This document shows positions 53,963 to 64,000 of a stretch of 64,000 bases of DNA, in pieces (position 1 is the stretch's first letter; each line of letters starts with the position of its first letter). The translations under genes were made by a program, and so were the position numbers. This stretch comes from Trichoplax sp. H2 (taxonomy: Eukaryota), in the NCBI GenBank assembly GCA_003344405.1, contig NOWV01000209.1:62001-126000 (forward strand), written 5' to 3'. The notes under the pieces were generated by a model. It saw only the letters and a program-made list of their open reading frames with translations, ran no database searches and was not told the DNA's origin.

Positions 53963-56113
53963 ATGAATTCAAATGTTTCTAAATTACTAACCACGATTGC
54001 TACTTTGCTATTGCTAGCTTCCATTAGTCTAGCAAAAAGTGAGGACCAAATCAAGCGACATCTTACCAATTATCAACTCCACTCGCCTATCAAGGCTTAT
54101 TTCGACTATAATCGATCCTCATGTCGTGGCCAATTTAACTTCTCTGTGGCCAATAAAACGATACTCTTATCCATCAGACCTTCACAGAATGTCTCATGGA
54201 ATCGAAATAACAGCCAAAATTGTGCCATCTTGCCTACTAGTGTTGTTGGAAAAGTAACTAATAATTCACAATCATACGTCGATGGAATAGTGACAAACCA
54301 TGGAGAATTTTACGGAAAAATCGCAATAGGACGTGGAAAATTTACAAAGATTTATTATGTTGATTCTTGGTTTAGTGACCATGATGATGAAAGATATGCA
54401 TTAATATATAGTTTTGCAGACTTGATTCCATATCAATATCGTAGTGGAACTGCCAGGTATGGTATTCTGACTGAAAGTATTGAAAATCTTGACAAATATC
54501 TTGCTACAGATCAGGATCTTTCGCTTTTGGAAGAAGACAGTGATGAGATGTTTATACAATCAAAGGTGTCGCCTAATAGACTAGACGATTCTCCTCTCAA
54601 CTGGAAATCAGGTCCTCTCCAAGTTAAGAAAAAAATTTGCAAGCTGCTAGCCATTTCTGATGCTAGCTTTACTGTTAGCTACCATAATAACAAACCAGTC
54701 ATTGAAGCAGCTTTATGGAATATTGTTCTAGCAGGGAATAAATTGATCCAATCCTTGTCTGTGGATGATGACCATTACATTAGGGACGAAATAGAATTTC
54801 AACTGGATAGCGTTCAAATTGAAGAGCCAGATTGGTACGTCAATGATGCGGGGCAGGAAGATAGCTCAGATCCTATGGAATATTTACTGCAACGTTCTCG
54901 GCTAAATTACAACGATTACTGCTTAGTTATTGTACTTACTAATCGTGAATTCACTAACCACGAAAACAGTATCAGTTGGACTCATGGAACAAAAAACTTT
55001 GGTCTATGTTCACCTTACCAGCAGCATCCTACTGTTCAAGAAATGATATCGGGAAATGTAATGATTATCAGTCGAAAAAGTCTCAATTCTACTCTGCCTC
55101 AAGCCATGATAGAGAATGAATTTATTCAAGAATTAGCTATTGCCACTGGTCTATGGCACGAAGATAGAGAATGCTTAGATAAAAGCACGACTAAAGCTAT
55201 TTTAGCTCAAACTAATCCATGCGATAAGCAATCTATTCTCACTACTCTACGTGATCGATTGAATACATGTTCCAGGAAACAGTTACTTGATGTAAATGTT
55301 GCCTCCAATCAATGTGGCAATGGTAGAATTCAACCTGGTGAAGAATGCGATTGCGGCGCAAAAGAAGATTGTTCAGACAGTTGTTGTGATGCAGAAACTT
55401 GCAAACTGATAACGTCGAGTCAATGTAGTCCAAGCCAAGGTCCTTGTTGTAATCCAGATTCATGCATGTTTTATAATGTATCGGAAGAAATTGCTTGTCT
55501 CCATGAAGAAGAATGCTATCATAGCAGTTTATGTGATGGCAAGACACACGGTTCGGTTTGCCCTCCACCAAAAACGAAGCCTGATTCAACGCTATGTGAA
55601 GGTAATAGAAAGACGTGCCAAAATGGAGAATGTTCAGGATCTTTATGCTTACAATATGGTCGTCAAGCATGCGAGTGCCAAGTGAAGGAGAAATCTTGCC
55701 ATCTATGCTGTTGGAATGAAAACACAAAGACTTGTCAAAGTATTTCCGACTATCCAGAATATGATAAGTTGCCTGGAATGTACAAGCCAGAAGGAAGCAA
55801 CTGTGGAAATGGTAGTGGAATTTGCAATTGGGACGGACATTGTATACCTCCAGTTCGAATTGGAGCTAGTTTTATTAGTGTCATTTTACGTAAGCTATTG
55901 CGGTATTTAGGTAGAGCTCTTTTGGCAGCCATGTTAGCATTCCTTGCTACTACCCTCCTTATTTACTACATGCTATATAATGAGCCTTTCTTTTTCGCTT
56001 TACTGTTTCTGACGTCTGTCGGTTTTGGATATTTTCTGAACAAGAAATTATTTACTACTTGCCAATCGGCCAAGGATGAAGATCAAAATAGTGAAGAGCG
56101 CTTACGAGTATGA
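53963..56113 (+). CDS. Intronless ADAM10/17-like protein, probably catalytically inactive
   Basis: Signal peptide, prodomain (SYVDGIV..GEFYGKI), reprolysin-like domain (DYCLVIVLTNREF), disintegrin CGNGRIQPGEECDCG...QCSPSQGPCC (ADAM10/17 style), Cys-rich SCHLCC and C-terminal hydrophobic segments. The zinc-motif position reads QELAIATGLWH. Confidence 0.92.
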   Translation: MNSNVSKLLTTIATLLLLASISLAKSEDQIKRHLTNYQLHSPIKAYFDYNRSSCRGQFNFSVANKTILLSIRPSQNVSWNRNNSQNCAILPTSVVGKVTNNSQSYVDGIVTNHGEFYGKIAIGRGKFTKIYYVDSWFSDHDDERYALIYSFADLIPYQYRSGTARYGILTESIENLDKYLATDQDLSLLEEDSDEMFIQSKVSPNRLDDSPLNWKSGPLQVKKKICKLLAISDASFTVSYHNNKPVIEAALWNIVLAGNKLIQSLSVDDDHYIRDEIEFQLDSVQIEEPDWYVNDAGQEDSSDPMEYLLQRSRLNYNDYCLVIVLTNREFTNHENSISWTHGTKNFGLCSPYQQHPTVQEMISGNVMIISRKSLNSTLPQAMIENEFIQELAIATGLWHEDRECLDKSTTKAILAQTNPCDKQSILTTLRDRLNTCSRKQLLDVNVASNQCGNGRIQPGEECDCGAKEDCSDSCCDAETCKLITSSQCSPSQGPCCNPDSCMFYNVSEEIACLHEEECYHSSLCDGKTHGSVCPPPKTKPDSTLCEGNRKTCQNGECSGSLCLQYGRQACECQVKEKSCHLCCWNENTKTCQSISDYPEYDKLPGMYKPEGSNCGNGSGICNWDGHCIPPVRIGASFISVILRKLLRYLGRALLAAMLAFLATTLLIYYMLYNEPFFFALLFLTSVGFGYFLNKKLFTTCQSAKDEDQNSEERLRV

Positions 56114-56562
56114 TTGGAGATGGGCGCTTGCTTGCTTACTACCTTCATCCAATTTGATACAGGTGTAACAATTTTATTTTCAAAAGTAACTAATAAAATA
56201 GATACTGGCGATGAGTTAAAGATAAAGTAAAAGTATTTTAATTTTGCTGGATTAGAATGTACAGCAATCGTTGCTGTAAAATAATGATACTCTCCATCTT
56301 ACCAAGCACCCTATTATCAATCGTGTACATCCATGTATAGCCAATGAATCATTTTTAATGGTGGAAATTAAATGATCCTGCTCTTTATTATGTCAACTGA
56401 CTGTATCACTTGAAATATGTCTACAGCTCTTGTTTCTCTTCATGTTTGTTCATTTTTTTTTTTTAATATTGAACTATTGATCTACAATCAGTACAATTTT
56501 TATTTTATTATAGAAATGTAATCCATTTATCGTCAGTTTGTACGTGTAGCGGCATGAAGACT

Positions 56563-57226
56563 ATTGTATTTAATTATTTAAATAATCTGCAAAGTAAAGT
56601 AATAAAAGTAATCCATTTACAACGATGTGCTAATTAAATTGTTGTTATCATGGTCTATTGGTATATTAACGATCCACGATCAAATATCGCCTGAGTTGGA
56701 TGATTTAATGTACAAAACTACTTTATAATCATTAAAATACTTCTCTAAGACAAAATAATTGTTTGCAGGTTGTGTAGTAAATACTCAACACATTAACAAG
56801 TGCATACCCGTTGAAGAAGACAAGGCATAGCAAGTTGGAATTTCATTAGCACCAATGTGTATCGAATGATAGCGGCGTAAAGACAGTTGTATTAAATAAT
56901 ATGCAAAGGAAAGTAATAAAGTAATCCATTTACAACGATGTGCTAATTAAATTACTGTTATTATGGTCTATTGGTATATTAACGATCCACGATCAAATGT
57001 CGCCTGAGTTCGATAATTTAGACTTTATTTAACCTTAAAATAAATATGGCGATAATTCGTTGATATCCATATGTTCTTATCATGAAATTAATGGTTAAAA
57101 CACTTGTCTAAAGATGACAGAGTCCGTAAAGTCTAAATGATTGTTTGCACGTTGTGTAGTAAATACTCAATACATTGACAAGTGCGTACCCGTTGAAGAC
57201 AGGGCATAGCAAGTTGGAATTTCATT
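56563..57226. repeat. Two-copy ~300-340-bp duplication
   Basis: aagtaatccatttacaacgatgtgctaattaaatt...cgatccacgatcaaat and gttgtgtagtaaatactcaa...gcatagcaagttggaatttcatt each occur twice. Confidence 0.9.
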
Positions 57227-57814
57227 GACGACTGTGTTTTTGGGAAGAGTGGGGAGAAAAGGAGAAATGACATATGTGGCATTGATTGAAATATCGCAAT
57301 TAGGATCAGTCCTATAACGTGTAAAAAATTAAGATTGCCAATCTCTGCTAAGTAAATATGAATATTAACTTATCTTTGGAGGCGTCTTACTAGCATTAAT
57401 GAAATATTAATGAAGTGTAAATTTAAGAAAAGGATTATGAGCTGGAATGTTTTTACCAGATGGGGTGTAATACTATTTCTAAGCCTACATGCACGTAATG
57501 TAATATTGCCATAACGTAAAGTAGATAAACCGTGAAATCTATTGTAAGGAATATGTATGTGGATGACAGAGAGTTATTGAGGCAAATATTTTGCGTAAAT
57601 TTCCTTCATTGGATCTACGCATAGATACAAGCACAATTTTTTATACTCTTTTCGGTACACGTTAACAGATGTTTAGCGGTAAAACCATATTTTCGTAAAT
57701 AATTCAATACACATTGGTATCAATAAATCATCCGCTGTTCAATTTTGATATTTCGCTGAGCGCTATTATTCATATACTTTGATTATTTGCATGCACATCA
57801 TTCTATGATACAAA

Positions 57815-58740
57815 TCAGATGGTTTCTTTACACCAATGTGTGTTGAGTCGTTCACGAAAATGAACATCTTTTGATATATACGATACCAAAAAATGTATAG
57901 AAGTTGTATTCATTTCTAGGTTTCATTAAATTAAGGAAAATTTATTGCTTAATGCTATTTTAAGGCGAAAGTTGGATGGTTTATTTACGCCAACGTGTGT
58001 TGAGTCATTCACAAAAATGAATAAAAAAGTTATGCTACTATCTAGGTCCCATTAAGGAAATTTATTGCTTAAAATGCTATTTTAACGCGAAAGTCGGATG
58101 GTTTATTTACGCCAACGTGTGTTGAATCATTCTCGAAAATGAATAAAAATGTAGTACTTCTATCTAGGTCCCATTAAGGAAATTTATTGCTTAATGCTAT
58201 TTTAGCGTAAAAGTCGGATGGTATATTGATACCAATGTATATTGAATGATTCCCTCAAATGTTGTTTTACCGTTCATTAAACTCCTATCTAGGTCCCATT
58301 AAGAAAAGTTATTGCTTAATGCTATTTTATCGTAAAATTCGGATGGTATAATGATACCAATGTGTATTGAATCATTCCCTCAAATGTTCCATTAAATTAA
58401 GGACAATTTATTGCTTAATGCTATTTTAAGGCGAAAGTTGGATGGTTTATTTACGCCAACGTGTGCTGAGTCATTCACAAAAATGAATAAAAAAGTTATG
58501 CTACTATCTAGGTCCCATTAAGGAAATTTATTGCTTAAAATACTATTTTAACGCAAAAGTCGGATGGTTTATTTACGCCAACGTGTGTTTAGTCATTCTC
58601 GAAAATGAATAAAAATGTAGTACTTCTATCTAGGTCCCATTAAGGAAATTTATTGCTTAATGCTATTTTAGCGTAAAAGTCGGATGGTATAATGATACCA
58701 ATGTGTATTGAATGATTCCCTCAAATGTTGTCTTACCGTT
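57815..58740. repeat. Minisatellite, ~120-bp unit, ~7-8 copies, with a ~467-bp higher-order repeat
   Basis: ctatctaggtcccattaaggaaatttattgcttaatgctatttt..cg.aaagtcggatggt recurs; the block starting near 57925 is repeated near 58390. Confidence 0.93.
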
Positions 58741-59099
58741 CATGAAATATTTTTGGATGTGTACTCAAGAGTGTAATAACTTATGTATGCATCTACACGT
58801 AGATCCCATGTTTCAACGGCAAATTTCGCGTAAAGTGTTTGCCTTTGTAACTCTCCTTTGATACGTATGGATATATCATACAACAAACTCCGCTCAACAT
58901 GGGATGGTGTATAGTAAAGAGGGTAATAAGCTCGATTGAAATCCCTTCCAGATGCTAGGGTTTGATATTCTGTAAATTATTTTTATAGGTTATACCTTGG
59001 TCGTTTTTCCGTAAAGTTCTGATGGCCTCTATGAAAATTTCGTTTTACCGTTAAACATCAGATGATGTGCAGTAAATAGTACAAAAAGTTACGATATAC

Positions 59100-62000
59100 G
59101 GGTATGCACTGTTGTAGTTCTTAATTCAGGAAAAATCGCTTGGAATATCCCCTTCCATGACTATTTTTGGGACACAAACTACAGTATATGGCCCACTTTC
59201 GCCGGCTACGTGCATTCTCGTACAGTACTTTCGTTATTGTCCACTTTGACTTGTTTCTAATTTTACTGTACTGTTTATTGATTCGTATTATGGGTAGTGG
59301 ATTGATATTCCAGTCTTTTGTGGCATTCGCTCTAGTGATTGACAAGGCATATATACCGTGAAAATTTATTTAACCTTAATTAACCTGCTGTCTTCTAGGT
59401 ACTCACTGTAAGATGTTAATTGGCATGTTACTTTTATCTTACGTTTGTCGAATGGCTAAATATGTAATGTAGGACAGACGAGCAATTTACTTTTAACGTT
59501 ATTGGAGAGTACTGGATTGTAGGTAGCAATTTTTAAGATAGAGTTAAAACGGTGCAATATGTTTTATAGCCCATGATTATCGTGCTTATGAATGCTAGAA
59601 ATAAGGTTCGATAACTCTCTTTCTGCCTAGCATTATTTTGATATTACTCTACTACAGGAAAATGGTATATTATTTTGCGCAGCCTTCCAGTAATTGTAGC
59701 TATTGGAAGTTGGTATGGTAGCTTGAGAATGATACCATTATTAGATCTATTAACCAGTGTAATACTTAGCATAGCAATCACTGCCTTATTACGCTTCTTT
59801 ATTTGAACTATTTTGCTCATATCTGGCAAGAATTTATCGCTATCGTTACTATGACTCATTGCAAATAGGTCCAATGGGCATACGAACGCATGTACTTGTA
59901 TAGGGTATAGGGGACTGGATGCTTGCAGAATACTGCGTAATCGCTCCATAACGGAAATGAATAAATATCAAGACTGTTTGAACGGTCGTAAATTGCGCCA
60001 TTTATTGAAAGCAACGAATCATTCCCTACCAGAACCATCGCCAAAGGGTTTCACGAAATTAAGGTATGATGACCAAGACTACGGATATCATTTTGTATTT
60101 TTGGAAGCCCTTTTGACATCATTACAATATGCTGTGTGCATAGCCTAAAATTTTTTCAGCTGTTTTGAAGTACTATTCTTGCATTGATTCGATACTGTTG
60201 TAAATATTGATTAGAAAAGGAGGTAAGTTTATTGGTTTTTTCTTGCCTTTCCTATATGTAGAGTAGTGTCTCCATATTGTATTCTCGTCATCAATGTCAT
60301 GGGTTAATGTGTCCACTACCAATTTAATCATGTACAGTAGTAGTATATTTTTAAGCGTTGGGAGACTATGTGGAATGAAGTTTGGCAATGGTATTTTTTT
60401 CGTACGTTATTAAAGTAAAAGTATACCTCACTATGATTACAAGGCTATTATGTCCCATTTTAAAAGATTAAGGCTCAATTTTACTACGCTGTCTAGTGAT
60501 TGAAGTATATATAATTTGCTGTGATACTTATTGTTGAGGAAATTACAGGTTCAAATGGGAGATGTGCTAAGTAGATTGATATACGCGTTTAATGTGGTTA
60601 ATTTTATAGAGATCCGGTGATAGTTTTGCACGCAATGCGCTATAACAAAACATATCGTTGATAGACTGCTGTATCAGGAACTACTAAAAGTAAAAGAGGG
60701 TCACTACAAAATAATAGATGGACGCTTATCATTTTTGGGGGAAAAAATCAGCCCATCCTTCTCGTTTTAGTAGTCCAGTATATCGACACGTATACCCCAA
60801 TATACTGTATATTATTATTTTTGATTTTTGAATCCATATGTGTACGCGTCTATTATTTAGTCGATATGATTTGATGTGTTGCATTTGTATTGAAGTTGAG
60901 TAAGTAATGCATAATATTTCGCTTGTAATAACTTCTGTCAGACTAATCTAGACAGTACTATAAAAGTTAGCCATAACTAATTTTTAAATCAAATATACCG
61001 TATTAGATATAGTTAGTCAATGTCTTTCGACGTCTAATATTGCGCTTGTAATGACTTCTCCGATTGATCTACTCGTATACTGTCGAGGTTAGGTGCAACT
61101 GACTTTGAAAATATAGGTAGACTGTGTACTCATGATTTTAGTAAATGGCTTTTGCTGTGTTGGATTTTATCTTCCTCTACTGATTGAATTTTATGTTGAA
61201 AATATCTCCTACTGCGCTAATTATGGTCAGCTAAGTGATCCTTCAGAACTATGACCTACGGAGATGAATTGTATATGGTAATATTGATTAGATGTTTTTT
61301 TCAATTGAAATTGACAATGCGTTTCATGTGTTTATTAGATCAGGATGACCGATGAAGGGATATGAATATGATGGCAAGGCGGTAAGATTTCTATTTTGTA
61401 CAGTATGTGTAGTTGATGTATCTTCATCTATATAATATAATTCATTATTAGACGGATAGTTTGAGTTGGTGATTATTTATGATTATCATTATTTTGGAGA
61501 GGGTTGTTGATTATGAGGCAATTTGATGTAAGTTAATGTCTATAATTAGTTATTAGATAGCTAGTTTGAGATGTTGTTGATTGATTATGATTATCATGAT
61601 TTTAGAGAGGGTTGTTGATTATGAGGCAATTTCACGTATGTTAATGTAGCATATATAATTAGTTATTAGATAGATAGCTTGAGTTGGTGATGTTGTTGAT
61701 TATGAGGCAATTTGATGTATGTTAATGTCTATAATTAGTTGTTAGAGAGATAGTTTGAGTGGGTGATGTTGTTGATTGATTATGATTATCATGATTTTAG
61801 AGAGCGTTGTTGATTATGAGGCAATTTCACGTATGTTAATGTAGCATATATAATTAGTTATTAGATAGATAGCTTGAGTTGGTGATGTTGTTGATTATGA
61901 GGCAATTTGATGTAAGTTAATGTCTATAATTGGTTATTAGATAGCTAGTTTGAGATGTTGTTGATTGATTATGATTATCATGATTTTAGAGAGGGTTGCT

Positions 62001-62795
62001 GATTATGAGGCAATTTCACGTATGTTAATGTAGCATATATAATTAGTTATTAGATAGATAGCTTGAGTTGGTGATGTTGTTGACTATGAGGCAATTTCAT
62101 GAATGTCAGTGCATAGAATTAGCTATTAGAGAGATAGTTTGAGTTGGTGATTGATTATGATTATCATGATTTTAGAGAGGGTTGTTGATTATGAGGCTAT
62201 TTCATGTATGTTAACGTATATAATTAGTTATTAGAGAGATAGCCTGAGTTGGTGACATTGTTGACTGATTGTGATTATCATGTCCTATTCAAAGCAACGT
62301 TGAGCTATTGCCTGCGCGTATAGTGCTATCTATACACGCATGATCCAGTCTATTCCATGGTGGCGCCATTACCGTAGTATTGCAGCAAAAAGTTATTGAT
62401 GCTGGCAGGGATTACTCCACTACAGATTGTCCCTCAAAAGCCGTAGCTAATAAACTTTTTCGTTACGGCTTTTGAGGGAGAATTTTGAGTGGAGTAGTCT
62501 CTGTTGATATATGGTTAAGCATATAGTTTATACTGTCACGACAGTACGGTAATTTTGCATTTGTGGATGAAATAGTCCAGGGTAGTATTGCCGAGCTCAT
62601 TTTCCATGCGTTGGTAATGCACTGCGTGGAACAATCTATTCAGTGTTGATTGTCACTGGTTAGAGACATGATTTTATTTTGGCCGGTAGTCCAATAGCGG
62701 AGTCGATATGGTGATGCAGCAATGGAGGAGATACACCGTTTACTGCAGAGGAAACGACGACAAACACTGTATACGATCGTTTTCCTTGTGGCCAT
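59100..62795 (-). CDS. Putative multi-exon gene with a mitochondrial-targeting-like N-terminus; 3' structure unresolved
   Basis: gccgccaaaATG at 62795; exons 62737-62795 and 62548-62635 join as MATRKTIVYSVCRRFLCSKRLFHAVHYQRMENELGNTTLDYFIHKCKIT; further candidate exons near 60585-60680 and 59870-60030. The end coordinate is approximate. Confidence 0.35.
61440..62285. repeat. Complex GT-skewed minisatellite
   Basis: gttgttgattatgaggcaattt, tataattagttattaga and gattatgattatcatgattttagagag recur in alternating sub-units. Confidence 0.95.
62406..62503. repeat. Inverted repeat (hairpin), ~40-bp imperfect arms
   Basis: Perfect core tccctcaaaagccgta (62430-62445) / tacggcttttgaggga (62464-62479), extended by actccact / agtggagt. 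Confidence 0.9.
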
Positions 62796-64000
62796 TTTGG
62801 CGGCGCAGTCCAAATGCAAAGCATAATGCAAGTGGTCGCACACGTTGGATACCAGCTGTGTCAGAAGTATAGTACATTAAGATTACCTTCTCATCATCCA
62901 TTTGGAATAACCCCTTTGTAAAGCTATTTCAACAAAGTAGACTACAAGTTGAAGTCATTGCTTGAGCAATTAGCCCCTGAATTTGAAAAGATTTGTTGTT
63001 TGTTGGCATTGCTGCTTGCCACCATTTTTTCTTTCTTTCCTTTTGACCTCTTGCGCAGCCACAACAGGACGTCAGGATGTCGTGACGCTCCACGTGTGTG
63101 CTCTTAGTATGATGTAACCGTTACAGCAATACAAACTCGACTTGTTGGAGGGTTGGTTTGCGTTGCCGTATGATGACTCAGTGACTATGGACACGTACGG
63201 CAACGTCAACATGGCTCCGCTTTCTTCTCCATCACTGTGCTGCGATCCTCAGACTCATCATGTGGTTTGATTCTTTTGGTTTTGGGGGGGGGGGGGACTG
63301 TTCATTTCTGAATCTATTTCCAGATGAGTACAGCATGGAGGACTCCGACTAGCATAGTCATGTCGAAGTACTGTACAGTGTACCGTAAGTTGGACTGGGC
63401 GAATGGAAAGAGACCAAGTCAATCCTGTAGTCAACATGGACGTCGAGTGATAGGCACTTGTACTGTAGCTTTACCATACTGAAGTTGTTCTCTAGCCGTT
63501 CTGTGAATGATGATGGCGAGAGAAAGTGTTGAAAATGAGCACAGTACTGCAGGAAGGGTAGAAGAGAACTTGTACGGCGGGCGGTAATGATTGATTTCTT
63601 TCTCGATCATTGTCAAAATGTGGACTACTCAGTAGTGGCATTGCAATCAGGAAAATGCAAAGTCCACCCGAAACCCGACTTGCGGGATTCGGCTGGAGTA
63701 TCGGTGTAGTAATACAGTGTTTGTATAGGGGATTGTCGTCATTTGGGTTTGCAAAAAGGAACCGTTGGATCGGGTTTGAGCGGGTTCGGGTTGCCTTTTG
63801 ACTCCATTGTACAACCCTGAATGCAATCAACATGATTGCTGCACTACTACTACTGAGTACAGTAGAATGATGCATCGTTTGGGTTTTCTTTTGTTGTACT
63901 CTATACTGTATAGTAGAAGATTCCTTGATGGTTTTAGGCAGAGATCGAGAAAAAAAAAGGAAGCGTTTTTTTTTTTCTTTTTTTTCTGACCTCGATGATT

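Noticed and set aside
54039..55932. Several 60-161-aa ORFs inside the ADAM gene
   Set aside because: Alternative-frame or antisense shadows with no recognisable features.
59640..60150. TGS-domain (MRPL39/ThrRS-like) resemblance in LLSINGAIYDR...YNYWKAA
   Set aside because: The similarity is too weak and the exon phases could not be linked confidently.
63431..63989. ORFs of 61-127 aa near the window end
   Set aside because: No recognisable motif or consistent exon chain; more likely GC-richer regulatory or UTR sequence.

Overview
AT-rich eukaryotic (animal) genomic DNA with many short GT-AG introns. The style suggests a compact-genome early-branching metazoan such as a placozoan; this is inference. 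Genes assembled by hand from splice signals and translation: (1) a ~19-exon PX-BAR sorting-nexin-like gene with an N-terminal C2HC zinc finger (+, 8694-14517), almost invisible in the ORF track; (2) ALIX/PDCD6IP (+, 18112-23868); (3) a SMARCC1/2 (BAF155/170) homologue (-, 25433-34174), whose exon 1 and promoter appear twice around a 20-N gap, with a 136-bp promoter segment inverted between the copies; (4) a 14-exon class I/II PLP aminotransferase (-, 37904-45002); (5) a stop-riddled ADAM fragment (46644-47098); (6) an intronless 177-aa orphan with a GIY-YIG-like residue pattern (50748-51281); (7) an intronless ADAM10/17-like gene with a destroyed zinc site and two C-terminal hydrophobic segments (53963-56113); (8) a poorly resolved minus-strand gene starting near 62795. 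Non-coding DNA is rich in local duplications, minisatellites and hairpins. No rRNA, tRNA, CRISPR array or transposase was recognised. Exon boundaries were read by eye and may be off by a few bases.
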